A stretch of 64,000 nucleotides of DNA, taken from Thermoflexus hugenholtzii JAD2. Lineage in GTDB: Bacteria > Chloroflexota > UBA11872 > UBA12225. Below the pieces are notes generated by a model, which was not told the DNA's origin, made no database searches, and saw only the letters and a list, made by a program, of their open reading frames with translations. Location of the stretch: assembly GCA_945907765.1 (NCBI GenBank), contig CAMDTO010000002.1, positions 3,455 to 67,454 of the forward strand, written 5' to 3'. Below are positions 20,003-29,049 of the stretch, one piece after another; the stretch's first letter is position 1; each line of letters begins with the position of its first letter. Made by a program: the position numbers and the translations under genes.

Positions 20003-20495
20003 AGAGTCAACGTGAATATTGGCAAGGGCATGAGTTGGCTGTGTCGCTACAACGTCCAGCCCTCATTGTTTGTACCCGTAGGTCGAAGTTCAATCGATGC
20101 GCCAAACCAAACCCGATGTGAACGGAGTTTGTCACACAATCACCCTAGGGGAGAAGATTCAGAACAATGCGCGCAACGTGCAAGCGCAACCCGTTCGGAC
20201 CAGTTCTCCCCCGAAACGGTCTGGGTGTCGGTGGCCACGTCGATCAGCGGATGATGCGCGATGAAAATCATTGCTCCCAGGGCGATCCGAAATGTCGACT
20301 GAAGTGCTAGTTGGCGAGATGGTGCCGTATGCGACGGGCTTGCGATGTCACGCAGGGCCGACGCACACCTTCACAACAACGTTTGACCACTACGAAAAAG
20401 TGCCCGGCATTGTCTCCAACAAGGAGACCGAAGACGCCAAGTAGCGCATGGCCAGACGTGGGTGACAAGTGCGTCGCATTCGCTGACCGCCACGC

Positions 20496-20525
20496 TTGAC
20501 GGCCTAAGAATGTCGGGCGTATAGT
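20496..20525 (+). promoter_or_regulatory. Putative sigma-70-type promoter of the tyrS leader
   Basis: TTGACG (20496-20501), 18-nt spacer, TATAGT (20520-20525). It lies about 200 nt upstream of the tyrS ATG. Confidence 0.4.
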
Positions 20526-20536
20526 CGGTTACGAAT

Positions 20537-20700
20537 GATGCGGTCAAGCGCGCAGGCACCCATGTGTACGAACACGAATTTGTACGGACTGTCGGTGTGC
20601 GCGGGCTTGTATTCGTACCGCATCCCGGTGTAAGCAACGGCCCTTAGCGCCATTGCGAGCACCGGGTCAGGCAGGGACTTGTTCCTCTGCCTTTTTTCTT
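20537..20700 (+). promoter_or_regulatory. Structured tyrS 5' leader (attenuator; T-box-like layout but no canonical T-box core)
   Basis: Long irregular helix: GATGCGGT (20537-44) pairs with ACCGCATC (20617-24), and CAAGCGCGCA pairs with TGCGCGGGCTTG. Second helix: CCGGTG (20625-30) pairs with CACCGG (20660-65). An intrinsic terminator follows. Confidence 0.5.
20670..20700 (+). terminator. Intrinsic terminator 28 nt upstream of the tyrS start codon
   Basis: GGCAGGGA-cttgt-TCC(T)CTGCC stem (8 bp, one bulge) followed by TTTTTTCTT. Confidence 0.6.
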
Positions 20701-20727
20701 GCCCGATTGGGAAATCCTGCAGGGGGA

Positions 20728-22047
20728 ATGCCAACGATGACTACGCCGACAACATCCGTCTCACCCCTCGACACGTCCGCCACAGGTGCACACGCATCAG
20801 TTCTGGACACCTTGCGCGAACGGGGGTTCCTCTACCAGTGTTCAGATGAAGAAGGGCTTGGCCGTGCCCTGTCCACCGGCCCAGTCACTTACTACGTCGG
20901 CTTCGACCCAACCGCGACGTCCCTCCATATCGGCAACCTGATCCAAGTCATGGCGATGACCCACTTGCAAAGGGCAGGGCACCGGCCTATTGCCCTCATT
21001 GGAGGTGGCACGACAATGGTCGGCGACCCGACCGGTCGCACCAGTGCCCGGCCAATTATGACCCGGGAAGAGATTGAGTCGAACGCCACCCACTTTCGAG
21101 GGCAAATCGCCCACTTCCTCGACCTGTCCCAGGGTCAAGGGTTCCTGGTGGACAATGCCGACTGGCTTCTCGACCTGAACTACATCGCGTTCCTGCGCGA
21201 CTACGGACGCCACTTTTCGGTGAATGACATGCTTCGCACCGAGGCATACCGTTCGCGGCTCGAGACGGGACTGACATTCCTCGAGTTCAACTACATGCTG
21301 TTGCAGGCCTATGACTTCCTTGAAGCGTTCCGTCGGCATGGGTGCAGGTTGCAACTTGGGGGAAGCGACCAATGGGCGAACATCCTCGCCGGTGCAGACC
21401 TCATCCGTCGCGTCGAGAACGGTCCTGCCTACGCGCTGACGACGCCGCTTCTACTGACATCGACCGGCGAGAAGATGGGAAAGACTGCCTCGGGGGAACG
21501 CGTTTGGCTTGACCGCGAGCAGACGTCGCCATTCGAGTACTACCAATTCTGGGTCAACTGCGACGACCGGGACGTCGCCCGCCTCCTAGCCTACTTCACC
21601 TATCTCCCAATGGACGAGATCCGGGACCTGACGGCTGCCGAGGGCGCGAGCCTGCGGGCAGCCAAGCAGCGACTGGCTTATGAGGCGACCGTCCTTGCCC
21701 ATGGCACCACCGACGCCGACGCCGCACGCTCGGCCTCGTCTGCCCTATTTGGGGGCACCGATGGTGACCGTGCGACCCTCGATGACCTCGCTGACGCACC
21801 ATCGATTCCTTCGATTCCGATCGACGCGTCTCGGCTTCACGAAGGCATTTCGATCGTCGACCTCTTCGTCCATGCCGGCCTCGCCGACTCACGTGGAGCG
21901 GCACGGCGCTTGATCGACGGCGGGGGTGCAACCCTCAACGAGAGTCGAGTCGACAGTCAGCGCATGGTTGGCACAGACGCGCTGCACCGAGGCATGTTGA
22001 TCCTCCGTGCAGGCAAGAAGCGCTATGTCCGCATCACCGTCTCCTGA
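20728..22047 (+). CDS. tyrS: Tyrosine--tRNA ligase
   Basis: YVGFDPTATSLHIGNL (HIGH region), KMGKT (KMSKS), and a C-terminal S4 domain. Start set at the ATG at 20728, preceded by AGGGGGA; the track ORF starts at 20653, inside the terminator. Confidence 0.95.
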   Translation: MPTMTTPTTSVSPLDTSATGAHASVLDTLRERGFLYQCSDEEGLGRALSTGPVTYYVGFDPTATSLHIGNLIQVMAMTHLQRAGHRPIALIGGGTTMVGDPTGRTSARPIMTREEIESNATHFRGQIAHFLDLSQGQGFLVDNADWLLDLNYIAFLRDYGRHFSVNDMLRTEAYRSRLETGLTFLEFNYMLLQAYDFLEAFRRHGCRLQLGGSDQWANILAGADLIRRVENGPAYALTTPLLLTSTGEKMGKTASGERVWLDREQTSPFEYYQFWVNCDDRDVARLLAYFTYLPMDEIRDLTAAEGASLRAAKQRLAYEATVLAHGTTDADAARSASSALFGGTDGDRATLDDLADAPSIPSIPIDASRLHEGISIVDLFVHAGLADSRGAARRLIDGGGATLNESRVDSQRMVGTDALHRGMLILRAGKKRYVRITVS

Positions 22048-22243
22048 GCGCGCCCTTACACGTTCCCGTCGCAACACAGTTTGGCCAGGGGCGGGGTATC
22101 GCGCACATAGGCATTCACAGGTGGTGCGCTGTGCGTGCGCTTCTGCCGGGCTACTGGCGTGGTGCAGCTGAACCCTGACCTATTCCGGGCAGGCGGCACC
22201 CAATTGCCTATACTGCACCGCCCGGAGGCCATCGACACCCACC

Positions 22244-23239
22244 ATGGACGCGATCTTCGCTGTCGACAAGCCAGTCGGCCCGACCTCCCACGACGTCGTC
22301 GCACGCATTCGACGGGCATCAGGCCAACGACGCGTTGGCCACGCTGGAACACTTGATCCTTTGGCCTCTGGCGTGCTTGTCATCGCACTGGGCACGGCCA
22401 CTCGCCTCCTCGAATACCTGACCAGCGACGACAAGACCTATGTCGCCGACGTCACGTTTGGGGTCACCACGCGCACCTACGACCGCGAAGGCGATGTGGT
22501 AGCGCGAACGGATCCAGTCGGAATCGATGCCATGGTCGTCGAAGCCCAACTCGACCGGTTCCGGGGCACCATTCAGCAGCGTCCCCCGGCATTTTCAGCC
22601 GTAAGTGTGAACGGCAAGCGGATGTACGACTTGGCACGACGCGGGATTGAAGTGGAAATCCCTGTCAGGACGGTCACCATCAGTTCGCTGAGCCTCGACA
22701 ACTGGACGCCCCCGACCGCACGACTTTCCGTGACCTGCACCAAGGGCACCTATATCCGAAGTCTTGCCCACGACATTGGTAACGCCACCGGGGTCGGGGC
22801 GCATTTGAGTGGATTGCGACGGACCCGATCCGGACGGTTCGGGATTGACGAGGCCCCTGCCTTGGAAGACCTGCTTGAGGCACTGCGCCAACGCGCCTGG
22901 CATCGGTTTGAAACGTCTCCCGAAACCGCAGTCGACCACTTGCCGACCATTCACCTGTCCCCCGTCCAGGCACGTGACATCGACCAGGGACGCCCGGTTC
23001 TCGCCTCAGTATCAAGTCTCGTGAATGCCACAAACCTAGACGGCCGCCCAATTCGTGCGCGTGCCCTGGATCCCGAAGGACGACTCGCCGCCATCCTGAT
23101 CGCAGTCCCTGCACGGCCAGATTTCTGGCGACCGGAAAAAGTCTTCCACGCGGCACAAACGTCCCAAATCCCGCCTCATACGACAATCGTTGCCCCTCAC
23201 GAAACCGACGGTTCGGACACCGGCGACGGTTATTCTTAG
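22244..23239 (+). CDS. truB: tRNA pseudouridine(55) synthase
   Basis: AVDKPVGPTSHDVV, VGHAGTLDPLASGVLVIALG, KGTYIRSLAHD. Confidence 0.95.
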   Translation: MDAIFAVDKPVGPTSHDVVARIRRASGQRRVGHAGTLDPLASGVLVIALGTATRLLEYLTSDDKTYVADVTFGVTTRTYDREGDVVARTDPVGIDAMVVEAQLDRFRGTIQQRPPAFSAVSVNGKRMYDLARRGIEVEIPVRTVTISSLSLDNWTPPTARLSVTCTKGTYIRSLAHDIGNATGVGAHLSGLRRTRSGRFGIDEAPALEDLLEALRQRAWHRFETSPETAVDHLPTIHLSPVQARDIDQGRPVLASVSSLVNATNLDGRPIRARALDPEGRLAAILIAVPARPDFWRPEKVFHAAQTSQIPPHTTIVAPHETDGSDTGDGYS

Positions 23240-23266
23240 CCGAGTGGGTAACCCCTGCGCCCACTT

Positions 23267-24361
23267 GTGGGCAGCGAGATGAACCCGCCACTTCGACGAC
23301 ACAAGTCAGGCTACGCCCGTATGCATGATCCTGCCCCAGATCCCGCCCACGTCGCGGGGTCACCAGATAGGCATTTTGTCGACACGAGCCGCATCACGTT
23401 TGTACGGGGTGCACTGCCGCCCTTGGTCGCCCGCGATGCGGTAGTAGCTATCGGCAACTTCGACGGCGTGCATCGGGGCCATGCGGAACTGATTGCGCAC
23501 GCGCGTCGTGAAGCAACCAGACGCAGCATCGAATGCGTTGTCCTGACCTTCGACCCGCACCCCGCACATGTTCTGCGCCCGAATGACCCGACGCCCCTTG
23601 TCAGCACACCGGTGGAACGAGCGGCCTGGATGCACGCGCTGGGCGTCGACCATGTATTCGTCTGGCCCTTCGACGCTGATGTGCAAGGCCAAACCCCGGA
23701 GGCATTCGTTCGATCCGTCTCACGCTTCGTACGACCGCGCGCGATCATCCACGGACCTGGATTCGCCATCGGCCGTGGAAGGGCCGGAACCTCGGCGGTG
23801 CTTTCTGTCGTCGGACGCACTCACGGGTTCGAGATGATTGAAGTTGTGCCCGTGACGGACGCACCTGACGCCACCGACACCTCCCCACGCATCAGCAGCA
23901 GTGCCATTCGCCGACTGGTCGAGTCAGGGTCGATTGCCGAAGCAACCGCGCATCTTGGGCGTCTCCCGACGTATCTCGGCACGGTGAAGCACGGGAACAA
24001 GATGGGCCGGACAATCGGGTTCCCAACGGCAAACGTGCATCCTGACGCACCCCGTGCAACGCCTCTCGATGGCGTTTACGCTGCGTGGGTTGAACGGCAT
24101 CCACTGTCAGCGAATGCCGTGTTCCATGCGGGAGCGATCAGCATTGGTGACCGGCCAACTTTCAACGGCACAATCCGTCTCGTCGAGGCATTTCTCCCCG
24201 GGTTCGACGGTGACCTCTATGACGAGGAACTCCGCCTGCACTTCGTGGCCCGACTTCGCGGACAGGTGCGGTTTGAAAGCATTGACGCACTCGTCACGCA
24301 GATGCAGGCCGACGTGACGACATGCCTGCACCTGCTTGGGGAACCAGCGAAACAGCAGTAA
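23267..24361 (+). CDS. ribF: Bifunctional riboflavin kinase / FMN adenylyltransferase (start uncertain; possibly the ATG near 23321)
   Basis: AIGNFDGVHRGH, ISSSAIRRLV, GFPTANV, FLPGFDGDLYDEELRLHFVARLRGQVRFES. Confidence 0.9.
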   Translation: MGSEMNPPLRRHKSGYARMHDPAPDPAHVAGSPDRHFVDTSRITFVRGALPPLVARDAVVAIGNFDGVHRGHAELIAHARREATRRSIECVVLTFDPHPAHVLRPNDPTPLVSTPVERAAWMHALGVDHVFVWPFDADVQGQTPEAFVRSVSRFVRPRAIIHGPGFAIGRGRAGTSAVLSVVGRTHGFEMIEVVPVTDAPDATDTSPRISSSAIRRLVESGSIAEATAHLGRLPTYLGTVKHGNKMGRTIGFPTANVHPDAPRATPLDGVYAAWVERHPLSANAVFHAGAISIGDRPTFNGTIRLVEAFLPGFDGDLYDEELRLHFVARLRGQVRFESIDALVTQMQADVTTCLHLLGEPAKQQ

Positions 24362-24463
24362 TTCCCGGTAGATGTAGCATGCCCTTGCCACTCCCGTTGT
24401 CACGGGCATGTGGCCGGAACGCAATTCAGGAAGTTGCGTGCGAACGCACTTACGATACTCTCG

Positions 24464-24985
24464 TCAGGGCTTGCGTCGCGGACGGGGAGTTGGCGCCGCA
24501 CCACCGGGCCGCGCCACCCGTATCACCCGCCGACGCACTACGGGGCGCCCGTCATCAGCGTCGTTAGCCTCGATGGCCGGCGCGCGGACGTGCGCAGGCG
24601 GTCCATCAGAGTCTGCCGGCGGTTCTGGCGGTATCGTCAGCGTACTCAGCAGTGCCAGCACCCGGTCACCACGTTCGATGCTTCGGTCGAGGACCCAGAT
24701 CACCTCGGGTGTCTGCCGGATGGTCAACTCCTCGGCGAGACGCCTCCGGACAAAGCCAGACGCGCGTTCAAGTGCCCGCATCGTTGACTGACGCTTCACC
24801 TCGTCTCCCATGATGGAGACGTGCAACTTGGTCACGCTCAAGTCCGCGGCAACATCGACTTTCGTAATCGACGTGATGCCCTCAAGACCGGGATCACGCA
24901 ATTCACGCGCCAAGACCTGACTGACAATCTGTTCAATCACCGAAGCGAGGCGTTCGCGGCGACGCGGATCGGGCATCTCGAACAC
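24464..24985 (-). CDS. rbfA: Ribosome-binding factor A with a Pro/Arg-rich C-terminal extension
   Basis: RLASVIEQIVSQVLARELRDPGLEGITSITKVDVAADLSVTKLHVS is an RbfA KH-like core. Confidence 0.9.
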   Translation of the reverse strand: MFEMPDPRRRERLASVIEQIVSQVLARELRDPGLEGITSITKVDVAADLSVTKLHVSIMGDEVKRQSTMRALERASGFVRRRLAEELTIRQTPEVIWVLDRSIERGDRVLALLSTLTIPPEPPADSDGPPAHVRAPAIEANDADDGRPVVRRRVIRVARPGGAAPTPRPRRKP

Positions 24986-25083
24986 CTTCCGGCGGGCCGG
25001 CCACCCCCACGGCGTGTGACCGGACTTTGACTTAGGTAGGTCACGAAGGCCCGTGACCGTTGAGGATCAACCTACCCTACCAA

Positions 25084-25110
25084 GGTCCCCGGTACGGATA
25101 TCCGGGGACC
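25084..25110 (-). other. Strong stem-loop between infB and rbfA
   Basis: GGTCCCCGG-N9-CCGGGGACC, a perfect 9-bp stem, 13 nt downstream of the infB stop. No U-tract follows it on the transcribed (minus) strand. Confidence 0.4.
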
Positions 25111-25122
25111 AAAAGGGCTGAA

Positions 25123-27081
25123 CTAAACCCGTTCGCGGCCGAAGATCTCGACCACGTCCCCAACCCGCGGGTCGGGGCAGTTCTCAAGCCCGAGACCACA
25201 TTCATACCCGGCCGCCACTTCTCGGACGTCATCCTTGAAGCGTCTCAGGGATCCGATGCGCCCGTTGTAAACCACTTCGCCACCACGGATGACCCGTGCC
25301 GCCGTCCCGCGCCGGATGAGACCGTCGCGCACGAACGCGCCAACAATCGCTTCGCCCTTGCCAGCACGGAACACCGCACGCACTTCGGCATGTCCGAAGA
25401 CCACCTCGCGGAAGGTCGGTTCCACCAGTCCCCGGAGGGCGGTCTCGAGATCGTCGAGGAGGTTGTAGATGATCTGGTATTCGCGGATTTCGACACCCTG
25501 AGATTCAGCAAAGGTCTTGACATTCGACGTTGTGCGCACGTTGAACGCCACAATCACGGCACGTGAAGCGACCGCGAGGTTGATGTCAGTATCCGTCGGC
25601 GCGCCCACGGCGTCATACAAGACACGCAAGGTGGTTCCTGTCACGCTTCCGCCGACCTTTTCCAAGGCGCCGCGAATCGCCTCGACCGACCCCTGTACGT
25701 CGGCCTTGAGGATGACGTTGAGTTCCTTGACTTCGCCAAGCGAAATCCCCGCGAGGATTTCGTCAAGGCTAAGCCGACGGCTTCCCGGATCGATTTCGCG
25801 GTCCTTGCGTTCCTTGAGAACGACACGCAGGGCATGCTCGTCAGGCATCACGGTGAATCGGTCGCCAGCAGCTGGAACTTCTTCCAGTCCAGTGATCTCA
25901 ACCGGTGTTGATGGTCCGGCCTCGCGCAAGCGTTCACCACGGAAGTCAGCCATCGCCCGGATACGCCCGCCGGTCTTGTCAACACAGACCCAGTCGCCAA
26001 CGCGCAGGGTCCCATTTTGTACAAGGATCGTCGCGACCGGACCTCGGCTGCGGTCAACCCGTGCCTCAATGATCGAACCGGACGCCGAAGTCTCAGGGTC
26101 GGCCGTAGGTTCGGCAATATCGGTGACCAGGAGGATCATCTCCAGCAGGTCATCAAGTCCGAGTTTCTGTAGGGCCGAAACTTCAACGGTCTCGACCTCT
26201 CCACCCCATCCGGTGACGAGGACGCCGTGATCGGCTAGCTGCTGCTTCACACGCTCGGGCCGCGCGTTGGCACGGTCAATCTTGTTGATTGCGATGATGA
26301 ACGGAACCTGGGCTGCCCGGGCATGCTGGATAGATTCCACGGTCTGGGGCATGACACCGTCATCAGCCGCAACCACGATGACCGCCAGGTCAGTGACCTG
26401 GGCGCCTCGTGCGCGCATCGCCGTGAAGGCCGCATGCCCCGGGGTGTCAATGAAGGTGATCTTCCGACCCTGCTGCTCAACCTGATATGCACCGATATGC
26501 TGGGTGATACCCCCGGCCTCGGCCTCGGCCACATGTGCCTCGCGCAGGGCGTCCAGTAGGGACGTCTTGCCATGGTCGACGTGTCCCATGATGGTTACCA
26601 CCGGCGGACGCGCCACGAGTTCGCCGTCGTCGCCGAAGTGATCAACATGCTCCACAACCGGTGCGGGTGCGACGATTGCCGGAACTGGCATGGACCGGAT
26701 AGGGGTGACCGGCGTGCCAGTTGCCTCACCCTCAGCAACCTGCGAGGCACGTTCCTCTGCGGTAATCACAGTAAACCCAAGGGCCTCCGCAATTGCCTGG
26801 CTTGCATCGTGTTCAAGCAGGTTGTTGATCGTCGAGGAAATGCCCTTCTGGAGCAATGCCTTGATGATCTGCGCGGGTGGCGTGTTGAGCGTGGTGGCAA
26901 GATCGACCACACTGATCGACGGTGGCAGCGTTACCACCTTGGAGGCGAGAGCAAGGTTGCTTTCGCGAGACCCATACGAACCGGGACCGCCCGGACGCGA
27001 ACCGCTACCGGGACGCCCGCCACGTGCCCCGCCGCCGGGGCGTCCGCGCCCGCGTGAACCACCGCCTCGGAACCTGCTCAT
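25123..27081 (-). CDS. infB: Translation initiation factor IF-2
   Basis: Gly/Arg-rich N-terminus. GTPase motifs [17 protein letters not shown] and NKID. C-terminal IF-2 domains. Confidence 0.95.
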   Translation of the reverse strand: MSRFRGGGSRGRGRPGGGARGGRPGSGSRPGGPGSYGSRESNLALASKVVTLPPSISVVDLATTLNTPPAQIIKALLQKGISSTINNLLEHDASQAIAEALGFTVITAEERASQVAEGEATGTPVTPIRSMPVPAIVAPAPVVEHVDHFGDDGELVARPPVVTIMGHVDHGKTSLLDALREAHVAEAEAGGITQHIGAYQVEQQGRKITFIDTPGHAAFTAMRARGAQVTDLAVIVVAADDGVMPQTVESIQHARAAQVPFIIAINKIDRANARPERVKQQLADHGVLVTGWGGEVETVEVSALQKLGLDDLLEMILLVTDIAEPTADPETSASGSIIEARVDRSRGPVATILVQNGTLRVGDWVCVDKTGGRIRAMADFRGERLREAGPSTPVEITGLEEVPAAGDRFTVMPDEHALRVVLKERKDREIDPGSRRLSLDEILAGISLGEVKELNVILKADVQGSVEAIRGALEKVGGSVTGTTLRVLYDAVGAPTDTDINLAVASRAVIVAFNVRTTSNVKTFAESQGVEIREYQIIYNLLDDLETALRGLVEPTFREVVFGHAEVRAVFRAGKGEAIVGAFVRDGLIRRGTAARVIRGGEVVYNGRIGSLRRFKDDVREVAAGYECGLGLENCPDPRVGDVVEIFGRERV

Positions 27082-27181
27082 ATTCGCCGTTTCCTAACTT
27101 TCAGTACCGTCGGCCGGTCATGCCGACGATGATCCCCGTGAGCTTCCAGATCAGCCTCATCCTAGACAGAATGGCGGACCG

Positions 27182-27781
27182 CTATGCCCGACCTCCGCTC
27201 ACCGGACCAGACTTGGCCGTCGCCGGTTTCACCCCACCACCCCGTCCCTGCCGACGTGATCCCCGCGGCGCCGACGCCCCGCTGGCTACCCGGGCAGCAA
27301 CCGCTGCCAAGGGAACCGCCGCGACCCCGGCATCGCCTGCAACCAATAGGTCGCGGAACTCCTGAAGCGCGGCGAGGTCGTCGCCACCCACCACCGTCTT
27401 CAGCGCACCATTGAGTGTCTGCCGCTTGAATGCCATGTCCCAACACGCGGGGTCCGCGTGCAGGTACGCACCACGCCCGTTTTTCCGACCAGTCAGATCC
27501 ACCTCGACCGGTCCGGCTACCGTTCGCACTACCCGGACCAATTCGCGCTTGCCTGCCGTCTCACGACAGGCAACGCAAGTCCTCTCCGGAACGCGACGAG
27601 TACCAGCACCCGTCGACGGTCGTGACCGCGGGAGAGGACCGGACACACGCAATGTCGGCTCCCCCGAGGCCGGTGGCTCCCCACCGTCCGCAGCAGCACT
27701 CGCGGCGTGTTCCTCAACTGGCACTCCAGTAATGGTACCGCCCTTCCATGCACGACAGGAACCTTGACGGCTCTTCCGCAA
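27182..27781 (-). CDS. ylxR: YlxR/RnpM-family (DUF448) protein with long low-complexity N- and C-terminal extensions
   Basis: ERTCVACRETAGKRELVRVVRT...GRKNGRGAYLH is the DUF448 core. Canonical position between nusA and infB. The true start may be internal. Confidence 0.8.
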   Translation of the reverse strand: MRKSRQGSCRAWKGGTITGVPVEEHAASAAADGGEPPASGEPTLRVSGPLPRSRPSTGAGTRRVPERTCVACRETAGKRELVRVVRTVAGPVEVDLTGRKNGRGAYLHADPACWDMAFKRQTLNGALKTVVGGDDLAALQEFRDLLVAGDAGVAAVPLAAVAARVASGASAPRGSRRQGRGGGVKPATAKSGPVSGGRA

Positions 27782-27801
27782 AGCGCGTGTCCAGGCGTGG
27801 C

Positions 27802-28902
27802 CTATGCGTCTGTCAAGTCCGGGTCGCCGTGGATCTCACTCGCGTGTGCCTCGGCAGCAATCGATCCGTCGCCACGGATATCCACCCGCCACCCTGTCAG
27901 CTTTGCCGCCAACCGCGCGTTCAGGCCTTCTTTGCCGATGGCAAGTGACAGCTGTCCGTCAGGCACGATCACCGTCGCCGTCCGGGTCGCCTCGTCCACC
28001 TGCACATCAGTCACGCGCGCCGGACTTAGGGAACTCGCCACGAAACGGGTCGGATCCTCATCCCAACGGATGATGTCAATCCGCTCTCCCGCAAGTTCGT
28101 TCACGATGTTCTGGATGCGCTGCCCGCGTTGACCGACGCACGCGCCAACCGGATCCATCGCCGGGTTCCGGGAAGAAACCGCGACCTTCGATCGCACCCC
28201 TTCTTCACGGGCGATTGACTTGATCTCGACACGTCCGTCGAATATTTCCGGAATTTCCAGCTCCATCAGGCGTCGCACGAAGTTTCGGTTCGCCCGGCTT
28301 ACGATCAGCATCGGACCCTTGAGGCTCCGATCGACCTGGGTCAGGTAGACCTTGATCCGCTGTCCCATCCGGTGGTGTTCAGTGCGCACTTGTTCGGAGA
28401 CCGGCAAAAGCCCCTCTGCCTTGCCCCCGGCACCCATTTCCAAGATCGAACCACGCATGTCGGATCGGCGGATTACTCCAGTGACAATGTCGCCAACGCG
28501 GTCGATGAACTCGGCGTAGACCTTGTCACGTTCGGCATCCTTGATCCGCTGGAGGATGACTTGCTTCGCAGTCTGTGCACCGATGCGTCCGAAGTTGGGA
28601 GGAGTAACTTCCTTTTCAACCGTGGCACCTTGCCTCGCACTCTGCTTGAGGGCTTGGGCGTCCGCGACGCTGATCTGCGTCAACGGGTTCTCGACAATGT
28701 CTACGACCTCGTACACCTCATACACCCGGGCGTGGCCCGACTGCGGCTCCATGCGGACCGCGATGTTCCGTTCTTCGGTTACCCCGAAGTCCTTCTTGTA
28801 CGCCGAGGCAATCGCGACCTCCACCATGTTCAGGAGGTCGTCCTTGTTCAAACCCCGTTCGGCAGTCAGTTGTGCGAGGGACGCGGCAAAGTCGCTACGC
28901 AT
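27802..28902 (-). CDS. nusA: Transcription termination/antitermination factor NusA
   Basis: N-terminal domain, S1 (GDIVTGVIRR), and two KH domains (RSKVAVSSRNPAMDPVGACVGQRGQRIQ; LSLAIGKEGLNARLAAKLTGW). Confidence 0.95.
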   Translation of the reverse strand: MRSDFAASLAQLTAERGLNKDDLLNMVEVAIASAYKKDFGVTEERNIAVRMEPQSGHARVYEVYEVVDIVENPLTQISVADAQALKQSARQGATVEKEVTPPNFGRIGAQTAKQVILQRIKDAERDKVYAEFIDRVGDIVTGVIRRSDMRGSILEMGAGGKAEGLLPVSEQVRTEHHRMGQRIKVYLTQVDRSLKGPMLIVSRANRNFVRRLMELEIPEIFDGRVEIKSIAREEGVRSKVAVSSRNPAMDPVGACVGQRGQRIQNIVNELAGERIDIIRWDEDPTRFVASSLSPARVTDVQVDEATRTATVIVPDGQLSLAIGKEGLNARLAAKLTGWRVDIRGDGSIAAEAHASEIHGDPDLTDA

Positions 28903-28986
28903 GTTGCCCCTCCGACATCATGTGGCACCGCGCCAATCAACCGCTATCCGCCCGACCAAATTGGTCTCGGCTATCGAATCGCTTGT

Positions 28987-29012
28987 AAAACACGAAAGGC
29001 GGGTCTCCCCGC
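28987..29012 (-). terminator. Weak intrinsic terminator after the ABC ATPase gene
   Basis: On the minus strand, GCGGG-GAGA-CCCGC followed by CTTTCGTGTTTT. It lies 38 nt downstream of the stop at 29050. Confidence 0.35.
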
Positions 29013-29049
29013 TCACGTCCGGTCGTGGCTTGCGGCGCCAGAGTACTGG

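Noticed and set aside
20167-20310. 47-aa Cys-containing plus-strand ORF (MRATCKRNPF...CSQGDPKCRLKC) with an AGGGGAG upstream, and a 43-aa minus-strand ORF in the same 725-bp intergenic region.
   Set aside because: It has no family resemblance, sub-optimal SD spacing (13 nt) and atypical codon usage. It cannot be supported from sequence alone.
20537-20700. Calling the tyrS leader a bona fide T-box riboswitch.
   Set aside because: The overall layout fits, but the conserved T-box 14-mer/antiterminator bulge (GGGUGGNACCGCG) and the AG-bulge/distal-loop motifs of Stem I are not recognisable by eye. It is kept as an unclassified attenuator-like leader instead.
24362-24463. Convergent terminator between ribF and rbfA.
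   Set aside because: Only a 7-bp stem with a 19-nt loop (CATGCCC...GGGCATG) and a near-loopless GTGCG-AA-CGCAC palindrome are present, with no U-tracts. This is not convincing as a terminator.
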